Below are positions 43,151 through 61,260 of a stretch of 64,000 nt of DNA, piece by piece. Numbering within the stretch: position 1 is the stretch's first letter; each line of letters begins with the position of its first letter. This DNA is from Dictyostelium discoideum (taxonomy: Eukaryota), in assembly GCA_000004695.1 (NCBI GenBank), contig CM000153.2, positions 2,144,001 to 2,208,000 on the forward strand, in the 5' to 3' direction. Made by a program: the position numbers and the translations under genes. Under the pieces are notes generated by a model. It saw only the letters and a list, made by a program, of their open reading frames with translations. It made no database searches and was not told the origin of the DNA.

Positions 43151-44593
43151 ATGCAAAAGTTTGATGCATTTCTTGTATATTCTTATTTACCATTATTACC
43201 TATACATTATGAACCATTCATATATCTATATGATAAAACGACAACATTTGGTAGAGGTAAAAAATCAGATGTGTAAATATTTAAAAAACATTCATATTAT
43301 TGTATATTTAAAAAAACATATACATTTATACTAATTTATTATTTTAATTTAGAGAATTTTTATCAATGAGTGCATCAAGAGAACATTCAAAAATAACAGT
43401 GGAAATAAGTAAAAGAGGTTATAAAGAATACTTTATAGAGGATTTAGATACATTGAATGGTACATTTATAAATGGTGTTAGAATTGAAATTAAAACCAAA
43501 TTAAGACATAATGATAGAATTAGATTTGGTAGTAATTCTTCTGAAGTTAGATATACATTTAAATTAAACTACAAATTATCATTTGAGAATATAAATATCT
43601 TTAAATTTTTAAAATCTCTAGAAAATGATAAACAAAAATTAAAATCTCATCCACTTTCAAAATTATTTACACCTTTATTAGTTGCATCAGATGAACAGGA
43701 GATGGATTTAAAAGATGAAAATAATAATATAGATAATAATAATAATAATAATGATAATAATAATAGTAATAATAATATAGATAATAATAATAATATAGAT
43801 AATAATAATAATATAGATAGTAATATAAATAATATAAATAATAATAACATAATAAAAAAAAAAAATTTAGAAAATGAAAAGATTAAAAAATTACAAGTTA
43901 ATGAAACACCATCAAATAAAACAAATACTTCAACCTCTTTAAATAAAACTGCAAAAAAAACTATAACAAAAACACCAAAAACAATAAATAAAAAAAGAAA
44001 ACATGAAGAAATACATAAAGAGGATGAAGAAAATGAAGAGGATGAAGATGTGGGAGGAGGAGGAGGGGGAGGAGAAGAAGAAAAAGAAGAAAAAGAAGAA
44101 GAAAAGACAGAAATAATTGAAAAAGATTCATTGGTTCAATTTATATTAGCAGATAAATCTTGTAACATTGGTACAGTTATTTCTTATAATAAAAATAAAA
44201 ATTCTTACTTGATTCAAAGGTAATTACAACTGTTTATTAAATTAAATAATTTTCAAAATTTAATTTAATTTATTATTACGTATACTAAAAGAACCAATTA
44301 CTTATTAACATTTCATTTAAATAATTAATTAATTAATTATTTGAAGCGATTCAAAGAGAATTCAAATTAATAATGGAGAGATAGAGAAAGCATGGGTCAA
44401 AAGATTAGAATTTGAAAAAGTTAATATTAAATCTAGAGTAAGGATATTTCAAAATGAAAAGTGGTACAGAGGAGTAATCCTTGAAAAAAGATACAATTCA
44501 GGAGGAAGGATAAAATATGAATACTTAGTTCGACTCATTGATATTAAACAACCTCATATATGGATTGGGGGATCAAAAATATTTAAAGAATAA
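43151..44593 (+). CDS. FHA domain protein with Asn-rich and acidic linker and a C-terminal Tudor/chromo-barrel-like region; 3 exons: 43151-43272, 43353-44219, 44347-44593; ~411 aa
   Basis: The FHA core spans exons 1-2 (TTFGRGKKSD | V EFLSMSASREHSKITVEISKRGYKEYFIEDLDTLNGTFINGVRIEIKTKLRHNDRIRFG), with a GR...SR.H motif and an NGTF.NG motif. Donors are GTAAAT and GTAATT. The C-terminal exon (IFQNEKWYRGVILEKRYNSGGRIKYEYLVRLIDIKQPHIW) resembles a Tudor-knot/chromo barrel. Confidence 0.55.
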
Positions 44594-44615
44594 ATAAAAT
44601 AGTTATTTAAAATAG

Positions 44616-44646
<31 letters not shown>

Positions 44647-45007
44647 GTGACAGACTAAATGATAATTAATTTATAGTTTTTTAAAAGACATATATGGATA
44701 TATGGTCCACCAATACCATGTCTTTTTATTTTTTTATAAGTTTTCTAAAAAAGGGGCGTTTTAAAAATAAAATTAATAAAACAGTGTGGTTAAATTTGTG
44801 GGGGATAAAAAAAAATCTAATAATAATAAAATACATGTAAACTCTTCATTTGTTATTCTATAATAAATAGGTTTATCTTTATACAATTAAAAAATACATT
44901 TCAAAATTAAGTTAAAAACAAATCGAACTAATAAAAAAAAAAAAAAAAAAATAAATAAGAATAAAAAAAATATAAACAATAAAAAATTATTTATTAAATT
45001 TAAAATT

Positions 45008-45051
<44 letters not shown>

Positions 45052-45320
45052 CTATGTACATTAATTTTTAATTATTTATTAAAATTGTTTTGTTATTTAT
45101 ATAGAATTCTAGGATATATAAATGTCAACTATTTTTTTTTTTTTCTTTTACATATTTATATAACTATTGTAGTATTGACAACAAAAAAAAACAATAATAG
45201 TAATAAAAATCTTAAATAATAAATTGATTATCATGCAAAAGTTGTTTTTTTTTTTTTTCTTTTTTTTTTTTCTTGGATCTAGGAGAGGAACTATTTTGAA
45301 ATTTTTTTTTTCTTCTAAAA

Positions 45321-49096
<3,776 letters not shown>

Positions 49097-49635
49097 TGTG
49101 TGGCGATTTATATTTTGTGGTTTTTTTATTTTTTTTTTAATTGGTTGTAATGATGATGTTATTTAATTCGAATTGGGTCAATGATATTTTTAAATTTAAA
49201 TTATTTTCTTTTTAAATTTATATTATTTTTATAACCTTTTTAACTATTATTTATATTTATATTATTAAATTTAATTTTAAATTTTTTTTGTTTTTTTTTT
49301 TTTTTTATAATTATTGAGGTTCAATTTATATGATAATATGTTTTGAAAACAAAAAAAAAAAAATAAAAAAAAATTTATTAACCTAAATTTTAAAAAAAAA
49401 ATAAAAAAATAAATAAATAATTAATTTAATAATTAGTACTGGTTTTTTTTTATTTTTTATTGTTTGAACTACAATGAATGTAAGACGATATTTGAAAAAA
49501 AAAAAAAAAAAAATAAAAAAAATAAAAATTTTTACTTTAAAAAGTGATGGTTTTGGAAAATAAAAATAAAAAAAAAATAAAAATTGAAAAAAAAATTTGA
49601 ACTTACTTTGTACAAGACCGATGATTGTTTAATAG

Positions 49636-49701
<66 letters not shown>

Positions 49702-50158
49702 GTTGTTTTTTTTTTTTCTCTCTCTCTTTTTAAATTATTTCTATACCAAAAAAAAAAAAAAAAAAAAAAGAATAAAAAAATAAAAAAAAGAATAAAAATT
49801 AAAAATATAAAATTATAAAATTTTTTTTTTTTTTTTTCTAATATAAAAATAAAAATAAATGTTAGTAAGAGAATCTTTTTTTTTTTTTTTAAAGAAAAAA
49901 AAAATAAATGAATGAAAACAGAAAAAATAATAATAGGTTAAAAAGAAAAATTTTAAAAGAAAAAAAAAAAAAAAAAAAAAAAAATACAATTATGTGATTT
50001 TAAACTACCAAACAAAGTTTAATTTTTCCAAATTAGGTATTTTTGATAGTAATAAATTTTTAAACGTTATTGATATTTTTTAAAATACACTAAACAAAAT
50101 AAATAAAAAAAATTATAAAAAAAAAAAAATAAATAATTATTGAATGTTAATAGAAAAA

Positions 50159-50190
<32 letters not shown>

Positions 50191-50347
50191 AAAAAAACCA
50201 CCCACAATTATGATAGAAGTCTTCGAATAATTACATGTGAAAAACAATGAAACTGTGAATTAAAATATTTTATTATTTTTTTTTTTTTTAAAGTGCAAAA
50301 AAGATGACGATAAACTATAAAGCAATATAATTGTGAGTGAAGAAGAG

Positions 50348-50388
<41 letters not shown>

Positions 50389-51233
50389 ATATCATTAAGA
50401 AATGGAAAATAATAAATAAACTAATTGAAAAAATCACGCAAAACAATTACAAAATTATGTTTTTCTGTATTTCCGATACAATAGATAAAGACAAAAAAAA
50501 AAAAAAAACATAAAAAAAACGAGCCATACATTCATATGGTAACACACAAACACAAAACTATGCTTTATTCGTCATGACAAACATGTTTTTTACAATCTAT
50601 TGACAAATATAGGTGGTTTAAAAAAATTATGGGTTTGTAATAATGAATTTTTTATGTGTAAAAGGGATTAAAAAATAAATTGAATTCTGACTTTGTATCT
50701 AATAGAAAACAAAGATAATTTTTTTTTTTTTTTTTTTTTTTCAATGATGAGTGGTATATAGTATGTGGGTGTGTGTGAGTGCGTGTGTGTGTAAATATAA
50801 ATATAGGGTAAATTTGAAATTTTATATGTAAGCTTTTTATCCAAACGTGGAAGCTATTTTTTTTTCTTTTTTTTTTTTCTTATTTTAATGGAATTGTATT
50901 TTAAAGTTTCTAATCTTTTAAAAAGAAAAAAAAACATTTTCCCCACTCAAATGAATGGTATGAAATTATTTTTAAAAATGATTTGAAAATGTGATTTATA
51001 AATATGTTATTTTATAATTATGTTCAAATTCCATTTGTGTTGTTGAATGATTATATTTGTAAAAAAAGAAATAATAAAATAAAATAAGATGAATAAATAA
51101 AAAAAAATAAAAAATATAAAAATATAAAAAAAAAAATAAATAAAAAAAGCTAAAAATAAGATGAATAAAAAAAAAAAAAAAACTATTATCATATACTTTT
51201 TAAAATTTTATTATTATTTATTATTATTATTAC

Positions 51234-51333
<100 letters not shown>

Positions 51334-51411
51334 AAATTTTTTATTATAAATTTAATAACTATATTAATAAAAACTATAATGATTATAAAAACTATAATAT
51401 TTAGATTTTTT

Positions 51412-51511
51412 NNNNNNNNNNNNNNNNNNNNNNNNNNNNNNNNNNNNNNNNNNNNNNNNNNNNNNNNNNNNNNNNNNNNNNNNNNNNNNNNNNNNNNNNN
51501 NNNNNNNNNNN
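51412..51511. other. Assembly gap (100 N)
   Basis: Run of 100 n characters; flanked by an (ATT)n repeat at 51211-51340. Confidence 0.99.
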
Positions 51512-51762
51512 GTTTGATTATGGTGATGATGGTGACCACCAAATTAAATGAAATAAATATTACTTTTTTAATTTAATTAAAAAACAAGTAATAAAAAAAA
51601 AAAAAATACATATATATATAAAAATAAAAATAAAAAAAAAAAAAAAATAAAAAAGTTTGTCTTGGTGCACCTTTTTATATAAATATTTTATTTATTATAT
51701 TACATATAAAATTATAATATGTATTGGCACTAATTAAATGAACAAACTCTTTGAAGATGAAG

Positions 51763-51814
<52 letters not shown>

Positions 51815-51939
51815 CCGACTTACTGAGTCCGGGCATAATAAAAATAGAAAAAAAAAAAAAAAAAAAAAAAAAACAAAAAAAACAATTATAATTTCACTAA
51901 AACAATGTGAGAGGGTGTATGTGTGAGAATATCATATAT

Positions 51940-52260
51940 GGGGTTGTGGTGTGTGTCTATCTGTGTGTGTGTGTGTGTGTGATGAATTAATTAAACACGC
52001 ACGGAGAGACACACACACTTATATACATAAATTTTTATATATGTATAAATTTATATATATATATATATATATATATGTATAATAAATGTGATTCCATAAT
52101 TGTTGTTGTTATTAAATGTATATGTTTTTATCATTTATATACTATTTATGTATATATGCGATAGCCATACCACATTACTGGGTGGTGTGTGTGTGTTTGA
52201 AAGTGTGTTGAAATGTGTGGATGGGTGTAAATGTGTGGTGATGTGAATAGTGTTATATAT
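51940..52260. repeat. GT/TG-rich and (TA)n low-complexity block (gtgtgtgtgtgtgtgtg, (at)n, ggtggtgtgtgtgtgtttg)
   Basis: Direct reading; compositionally distinct from the surrounding A/T homopolymer background. Confidence 0.8.
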
Positions 52261-52631
52261 TTGCCTATATATTATTTCTTTTTATAACTTGTTTACCGCA
52301 CGCTCATTAAATAATATAAAAAAAAAAAAAAAAAAAAAAAATTTTTTTGGAACTGTTAAAAATATAACAAACAATAAGATGGTATTGATGATAATAATAG
52401 GAGTATTAAAAATTATTTTTTTATTTATCTATTTTATTATTTTAATAATTATTATCTTTTTTTTTTTTTTTTATTATTATTAATATTATTATTATTATTA
52501 ATATTATTATTATTTAGACATTAAAAAAATGGTTATTGGCGATTAACTGGCGGTAAAAGAAATCAAAAATTTAATTATTCGAAGATTATGAAACAAAACT
52601 ACTAATATTCAAACAAACAACATCATCAACT

Positions 52632-52687
<56 letters not shown>

Positions 52688-53050
52688 TATTTATAATAAT
52701 GTAGTAGTGTGTATTGTCATACCATTGGAATGGTAAAAATAAGAATAAAATAATTGTTAAACTAATAATAGACGATAAAAGTGTTTTTAGTGGAGCAAAA
52801 AAAATAATAAAAAAAAAAATAATAATAATAAAAAAAAAAAGAAAAGTAACGATATACATCTATTTAATTATCCCCATAAATAATTGAATTTAATGTTATC
52901 AAATATAATAAAGATAATTTAAACAAAGTGAAAAAGATTTTTTTTTTTTTTTTTTTTTTCTAAACTAATATAATTTGTCCATAGACCACACTTTAAAAAA
53001 AAAAAAGTGTGGGGAACTAAAAATAGAAACAAATATAATTATTATAATTA

Positions 53051-53129
<79 letters not shown>

Positions 53130-53712
53130 TTTTTATTATTATTATTATACAAGTTGTGAGATAGAAAATGTGGGATAAAAAATGAAATTGATTTAAGATC
53201 AAGATTGGCATTATGATAATAGTTTAAAATAATTAAAGAATAATAATGATGATAAACCCCAAAAGGGTTTTTTTTTTTTTTTTTCCTTTTTTTTTTCTTT
53301 TTTTTTTAACATGCTTTGGTATTGTTGGGAAAAATAAAAAAATTTATATGTATTTATAATAATTTGCTTACCTAAAACACCAATTTAAAACTGTTGAGGG
53401 TAGTTAATTAATAATTTATATGATAAAAAAGTAAATTAGTATTATTATTTTATTTTATTTTATTTTATTTTTTTTTTCTTTTTTTTTCTTTTTTTTTTTT
53501 TTCAGAATTGATTTAGTAAAATAATTTTAAAAGACATGAATTAAAATTTTGTGATCCACATGTTTCCTCTTACAAATTTCAAGGAGATAAAAGGGTGGAA
53601 CAAGAAAAAAAAATATATATATTAAAAAAAGGAATAAAAAATTTCTTTTTTTTTTTTTTTTAATCCTAATTATGTTGTTATATTTACTAGGGTTTTAATT
53701 TTATTGTGCCTA

Positions 53713-53764
<52 letters not shown>

Positions 53765-54606
53765 TTAAATTAAATATTTTTTATTTTAATTTTATTTCCT
53801 CTATTTTTGTTTTATTTATTTTATTTTATTTTATTTTTATTCAATTTTTTTAATTTTATTTTATTTTATTTTTTATTTTTGAAACTAGGAAGTGTATATA
53901 CAATGTAATAACACAAACAAGAAAATAAATCATAAAAATAAAATAAAATAAAATAAAAAATAAAATAAATATTTTTTCGATATTAACAAATGAACATGGT
54001 TTAAAAAATATTTTTTTTTTTTATTTTTTTATTTTTTATTTTTATTTTTTTTTTTTTTTGTGATCCAATGATATTATTAATTTATTAAAAAGGGTAAAAT
54101 AAGTTGTGGAATATTCCTTTTTCTTTGCTTTTTTTTTTTTTTTTTTTTTTTAAAAAAAATAAAAATAAAAATAAATTTTTAAAGAAAATGTATTTATAAA
54201 CCCAGTTGGATACACATACATATTTAGAATTAATTTGAATTATTTAAAATAAAAAAAAAAAAATAAAAATAAAAAAAAAAAAAAAATAAAAAAATAAAAT
54301 AAAAAAAAAAAAAAATAATAAAAAAAAATAAAAATAAATAAAAAAAAAACCAAACCAAACAATGAAATTATAATTTTTTTTTTTTAATAAAAAAAAAATT
54401 TTATATATAGATTTCCCATTCCCTAATTAATTCAAATAAGTTGTTATAATATTTTTGAAATATAATTATTATTATATGATTATATGTTGCTATTATTATT
54501 ATTATTTATTATTAAATATTATTATTTTTAAAAATCAAAGTTAAACTGTTTTTTTTTTTTTTTTTTTTTTGATTTTTTTAAATTCCATCTTCTTCGAAAA
54601 TTGGGT

Positions 54607-54637
<31 letters not shown>

Positions 54638-54964
54638 TATTTTTAAATAAATAAATTTTTTTTTTTTTTTTTTTAATTAAAAAAATATTTGATCTAATTA
54701 ATAACTGGCCATAAATACAATTATGGTATTTCCTCATAAAGTTGGATTTTTATTATTATTATTATTTTTAAAATTATTTTGATATTATTTTTAATAGAAT
54801 TATTTATTTTTTTTGAATACATACAAAAAAATTTAAAAAAAAAAACAAATTGTTTATTTGGTATTGATGATCAAAGTATTAACTTTTTCAAAAGTTGAAT
54901 AAAAATAAAAACAAATTTGTTTTGAGAAAAAAAATATTAAATAAAAATAAATAAAAAATAAAAG

Positions 54965-55036
<72 letters not shown>

Positions 55037-55833
55037 TTTGTTATTATTTTTATTATTTTTAATATTTTTTAATTATCTATAAAACCATTAATTTTGATTT
55101 GATGATTATGTGGGTTTTATATTAATTTTTTTTTTTTTTTTGAATTTTTTTTTTTTTCAGTTAGACCCCAGAAAAAAAAAAAAAATTTTATTTCTTTTTC
55201 CCCAATTTTTTTTTTTTTTTTTTTCCAAGGGGTTTGTTTGTGACATTTTTTAAAATTTTAATTATTTTTTGAAAAGGCATGCCCGTTTTTTTAATTTTTT
55301 ATTTTTTTTTATCAATGCATCTCTTTTTTTTTTTTTTTTTTAATAATTCACCATATGGTTCAATATTTTATTTTGTTTTTTTTTGTTTTTCCTATTTTTT
55401 TTTTTTTTTTAATTAATTGATTTATTGGTTGTGGTTATTAATTCGTTTAATTAAAATTTTTATTTTCATAATTTTTTTACAAAAACAATATTTGAAACAA
55501 TTAAACAAAAATAGTTATGTGAAAAAAAAAAAAAAAATATATTAATAAATAAAAAATTTTATATTGACAATTACCTTTAAGAGTTTGAGTTAATCTGTCT
55601 ATAAAAAAAGAAAAAAAAAATTTAAAAATTATTAGTTAGTATATCAAATAAAAAAATAAAAAGAATATATTTATTTGTATTAAAAAAGAAAAAAAAAAAA
55701 AAAAATATATAAAAAAAACAAAAAACGACTTGACTTTTTTTTTTTATTTTTTTTTTATAAAAAAATTCGATTGGGTATTTGAATCAATTAAAAAAATTTA
55801 TATGAAAAAAAAAAAAAAAAAAAAAAATGATAT

Positions 55834-55874
<41 letters not shown>

Positions 55875-56325
55875 ATAAAATATAAATTAATTTGAAATGG
55901 TATTAAAAATTTGTAAAACCTAAATATGTTTTTTTTTTATAATAAAAAAATTATACTTTCTATATATATAAGCCCATACATGAGGCAAAAAATCTTTGGT
56001 AATTTGAAAATATATATATGTATATAAAAAACCATTTTAATTAAAAGTAAGTTGGGAGTTAGGTTCATAATAATAATAAAACTTGTAATGAACCTTTACA
56101 AGTTAGAATATTTTTTTAAAAAAAAAAAAATAAAATAAAAAAAAAAAAAAAAACCCCAACCCCCATCAGATTCAAATTAACCTTATTAAGGAAAAACTCG
56201 ATTCTTAGCGCCTTTAATTTTGATTATTTGTTTTTATAATATATTTATATATTTGGTTATTATTTAAAATTTATTATTTTTAAAATATTTATTACATATA
56301 TTGAATTTTTTTCTTTTTTGGATAA

Positions 56326-56370
<45 letters not shown>

Positions 56371-56513
56371 AAAACCATATCCTTTGAATTTTTAAATAAT
56401 AAAAAATCCAAATAAATTAAATATTATTAATCCCTTAAAAGGTAAAGATATTTTTATTTTTAAAAAAATTTCCAAATCCCCAAAGAAAAAAAAAAAAAAA
56501 ATTTGTCAGTGCC

Positions 56514-56542
<29 letters not shown>

Positions 56543-56545
<3 letters not shown>

Positions 56546-56850
56546 AAAAAAAAAACAAATCAATGGTCAATATTAATATCAAAGTAGGAAAAATGGATAA
56601 TCAGGGTGTTATTTAAAGGAGTGGGACATGCGTGAAACTTCTTTTGAAAATTTTCATAAAAAAAAATTAAAAAATTAAAAAAAAAATTTTTTTTAGATAT
56701 TTTGGATAAAAAAAAAACAAAATTTAATTCGAATCAACAATTCCTCGCCGTTTCCAAAATAATCCTCAAATGTTGTTATGGCATCAATGCTAAAAAAAAA
56801 AAAAAAAACCTTTCGGAAAGTGTGGTATTAAAAAGATAAAAAAAAAAAAA
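56543..56850 (+). repeat. Copy 1 of a ~310 bp direct repeat, identical to 57587-57900; abuts the N gap at 56851
   Basis: Identical string in both copies, running from ...aaatttaaaaaaaaaacaaatcaatggtcaatattaatatcaaagtaggaaaaatggataatcagggtgttatttaaaggagtgggacatgcgtgaaac to tcctcgccgtttccaaaataatcctcaaatgttgttatggcatcaatgct...ggaaagtgtggtattaaaaagat. Confidence 0.9.
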
Positions 56851-56950
56851 NNNNNNNNNNNNNNNNNNNNNNNNNNNNNNNNNNNNNNNNNNNNNNNNNN
56901 NNNNNNNNNNNNNNNNNNNNNNNNNNNNNNNNNNNNNNNNNNNNNNNNNN
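56851..56950. other. Assembly gap (100 N)
   Basis: Run of 100 n characters. Confidence 0.99.
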
Positions 56951-57317
56951 ACCTGATTAAAAAAGCTTAATAAATGAAAAATATAAAAAAAAAAAAAAAA
57001 AATAAAAAAAATTAAATAAAAAAATTAATTAATTCTTACATTATTTGAAACTAGTTTAATATTTGATTTTTTTTCTTTTTCTTTTTTTTTTTCTTTTTTT
57101 TTTTTTCTAAACTTTTTTTTTTTTTATTGACCAAAAATATTAAATTTAATAGGAGATAGTTATAAATTATATTATAAAATCATTTTTAATTATTAAATAA
57201 TATAAATAAAGAATTGATTAAAAGAAAAAAAATATAAAATGAATTTATTTATGACAATCAATCGATTTAAATTATTAAGAAAAAAAATATCTTTACGATT
57301 GAGGTGGTATGAGAATT

Positions 57318-57395
57318 TAAAATAAAATAAAATAAAATAAAATAAAATAAAATAAAATAAAATAAAATAAAATAAAATAAAATAAAATAAAATAA
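57318..57395 (+). repeat. (AAAAT)n pentamer tandem repeat, about 15 units
   Basis: aaaataaaataaaataaaat... Confidence 0.9.
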
Positions 57396-57497
57396 AAAAA
57401 AAAAAAAAAAAATTTTTATTTGATTTGAAAAATAAAAAAATAAAAAAAATAAAAAAAAAATAAAAAAATAAAAATTGAAAAAACTTTTCGTTGGTAT

Positions 57498-57534
<37 letters not shown>

Positions 57535-57557
57535 GGGAATAGATTTGGGAAACACTT

Positions 57558-57586
<29 letters not shown>

Positions 57587-57591
<5 letters not shown>

Positions 57592-57900
57592 AAAAAAAAA
57601 ACAAATCAATGGTCAATATTAATATCAAAGTAGGAAAAATGGATAATCAGGGTGTTATTTAAAGGAGTGGGACATGCGTGAAACTTCTTTTGAAAATTTT
57701 CATAAAAAAAAATTAAAAAATTAAAAAAAAAATTTTTTTTAGATATTTTGGATAAAAAAAAAACAAAATTTAATTCGAATCAACAATTCCTCGCCGTTTC
57801 CAAAATAATCCTCAAATGTTGTTATGGCATCAATGCTAAAAAAAAAAAAAAAAACCTTTCGGAAAGTGTGGTATTAAAAAGATAAAAAAAAAAAAAAAAA
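57587..57900 (+). repeat. Copy 2 of the ~310 bp direct repeat (see 56543-56850)
   Basis: Base-for-base identical to copy 1 over the visible length. Confidence 0.9.
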
Positions 57901-57973
57901 ATTGAAAAATATCTTTGTTTTTGTTTTATTTTTTTTTTTTTTTAAAAAATTACAATTGGGAATTATAAATTTA

Positions 57974-58015
<42 letters not shown>

Positions 58016-59559
58016 AAGATTTATTTAACTATTATTCCTTTTATGCCATTATATTTTATAAGAAAAAAAAAAAAAAAAAGAAAGAAAAATTCTAAATTTA
58101 ACCGAGCACACATTTAGATTTTAATTTTTTTTTTTAACACAAAAATGTGTTGGTGATGTTTTTTCTTACGGTAATGGCGGTGTTTTGCCTTGACAGAAAT
58201 TCTTTTTTTTTTTTTTTCATAAAAATCAATAGATATTATTATTTTTATTTTACAAAAAAAACAAAGGCAAAATAAAAAAAAAAAATAATCATAAAAACAA
58301 TTTTAATCATTTTTTTTATTTCTTTACAAAACATATAAAATTAATTGAAATTATCTTTCCTTTATTCTCTCTTTCATTTCCATAGGGCATCTTTTAATCT
58401 GTAATAAAAATAGATATCATTAAAATTTTGCATTGAAAAGGTGATCTTTGACAAACGTAATGACACTTTTTGGATAAAAAAAATAAAAAAATAAAAAAAT
58501 AAAAAAATAAAAAAATAAAAAAAAAAAAAAAAAAAAGCTCGCTTTTTTAAAAGAAAAAAAGAAAAATATAAATTTATAAATAGCTCGCTTTTTTATAAGT
58601 AGAAAAATTAAATTATGAATAAAAAAAACAAACAAAAAAAAAAAAAAACAGTAACTGTTTGTGTCGTTTCAAATTTTTCTAAATATCTTTTCCTACTTCT
58701 TAAAAAAAAAACACATGGGGTTGTACAAAAATTTTCATTTAAATAAAGAGGTTGATACCATTGAGAATCATTATAATGAAAGAGGTTTTTTGTTTTATTT
58801 TTACTCGTGAAACCAATAAAAAAAAATAAGCATATAAAATTAATTTAATTAACAAGTTATTTAATTATTCAAAAATGATAAGAAAAAAAAATATTGGCAA
58901 TCACACCGATTACCAAACCACCTGCTCATAATTACCACAGGATTTTGATAATCTTAATTCATTAAAAAAAAAAAATAAAAAAAAAAAATAGTTTATTTTG
59001 CAAGGAATTATAAATAAAAACCAAGTATTGATATTTTAACCGATAAATTCCTAGGATGATTTTAATATTTTTTTTTTAAAAAAAAAAATGGAATTTAATT
59101 TTATTATTTTTTTTTTTGAGCGAGTATTGAATTTTAAAAATAAAATAGATGTTTAAATTATGAAAAATGTTTTTTTTTTAAATTCAATTCTCACCCAAAA
59201 AAAAAAGTTATCATTTGATACTAAAAAAATTATGAGGCCGTGCGAATCCCTTTATTAATTACAAATTTTAATTATTATTATTCCCAACAAATAAATTTAA
59301 AATCCAAATAATATAATAATAATAATAATTAATTTTTGACAAAACAATTTAAAAATAATAATTTTCTAATTTTATCTATAATTTACTTGTAATTAATTAA
59401 CCTAATATTTTTATTAATTTTTAATCCACTTTTTTTTTTTAAATATAGATAAAATTAGATTAAAATAAAAGTGAAAAAATTAATTAAATATTGGGTAAAT
59501 TTACTCGATAGATTATCAAATATAAATTAAATACGAAACTTGGATTGAATCAGTTCAAT

Positions 59560-61260
59560 TGTTTATGGCCCTGTGAATGTTAAACAATATTTACCATCGA
59601 CAATATTCCAAAATGTATCAAATGGCCAAATAATTGTTTTGATGCCGCTTTTGATATACAACCTGTTAAAAATGTTGAATTGGTTGTAGTATTGGGTGGT
59701 ACAGTTAATATTATAACAAAGGATGCTCCATTTTATACATTTTGGAATAAGTATTTACTGTTTGCATTTGTAATTGATCAACATAAAATCTCCAATGCCG
59801 ATGAAAGATCTAAAGATACTACCAGTTTAACTTAAATATCATCTGCACCAACTTCATCATTATTTAAAATCGAATTATTTTAATAAATCCAAATAGTATC
59901 ACCTAATTATTAATTGTTTTTTTTCTTCTTAATAAATGATTTATAAGAGAAAAAAAGAAATTATTAATAATAATTATTATCATTTTTAAAATAAAATAAA
60001 TGATTGTGGAACGTAACCAACATTGAATGTATAATTGTTATTGAAAGCCTTGAGATTATCTGATGTAATCTTATGAAGTGTATTATTTCAATTTCAATAT
60101 GTATACCGTTAGACTTACAAACTTTAAACCAGAAAATTATCTGGTCCGAATATACAAAGTTTATTGGTTGGATTTAGTGGTATGAAAGTAACAGTTGTAA
60201 ATTACTCAACATTCATGGTTTGTGAAAAATTGGAACCACTGGAATGTATTCCATACCCATTTCACATTTGCTTATGAATGATTGAAATTGCATTCACTAT
60301 TTGAGTCTGTTTGAGTTGTTTAATATCCTCTTTGCCAGTGGTTGGTAAACGTTGAGCAGAATTGAATGGGAACATATCAATACCTGGTTAACCATTGTTT
60401 AGACCTGTTTCATTACCATTAAAAATGACATAACAACCACTGAAAGATATATAATTACATATATCTTAGGAAAAAGTGTAATTTGCATATCCTGCTAAAA
60501 CTGTGTATATATTTGGAATAATATATATGTTTCTAGTTGGAAGTTTTGGTGTTCCTATATTAATCAAAGATTAAAGAATGAATATAAATCGGTTGTATGA
60601 GTCAAATTATTGAGTATTGGAGTTGAGCAATATGATGAAGAATCTATTGTTAGTGAGACCAGATGTGGTGTAGTTTAAACTATCTTAATGTAGGAATTTG
60701 GTGGAACGTTTTTAATTGAATATTTACACCTGTGATTTCCTTTTGGATACATCTGCATTTAATTGTGTACGGTTAACACTTGGAAAACTAATTTCATTGA
60801 TATTACCATGTGTTGACCAAGAATACAATGCCTGAATCACTCAAGATTTGCTCAAACATTTTATCCATAAGTTGTATCTAATCTTAAGTTATTCATAACA
60901 ATGTATTTTTTAAGGTTTTACCAACTTAACAATTACCAAAAAGTGAATTACAATTTTTTTATAATTGTTTTTTTTCATCTATACAATACCAATAATCTCC
61001 ATTGGTAATCTTTTTTTGTTGTTTGAAGCACATTATCCATTCAGTCTTGTAATGATAATTAGGCACCTGGTATCATTTAACTAACTTTTCTACTACTATC
61101 CTTATTCTTATCTATCCATAATACTGATCCGATACTATTGGTTTGACAAGAAATTTAATTTTTGTCTGATTGTATTGTTTGATACAATAATTATCGTACT
61201 AAGCAATGATTAAAATTGTATTAACCATTTGAATCTGTTTGATTTGTTTATGTTTCACCA
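59560..61260 (-). pseudogene. Complex (non-low-complexity, ~65% AT) coding-like sequence with frequent stops and frameshifts in all frames. Candidate decayed gene or transposon fragment; the minus strand is the most protein-like.
   Basis: No ORF longer than 60 codons is listed on either strand across 1.7 kb, despite normal sequence complexity. Minus-strand conceptual translation gives protein-like patches interrupted by stops: SLINIGTPKLPTRNIYIIPNIYTVLAGYANYTFS * DICNYISFSGCYVIFNGNETGLNNG * PGIDMFPFNSAQRLPTTGKEDIKQLKQTQIVNAISIIHKQM * NGYGIHSSG... Another patch reads GIKTIIWPFDTFWNIVDGKYCLTFTGP *. Confidence 0.4.
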
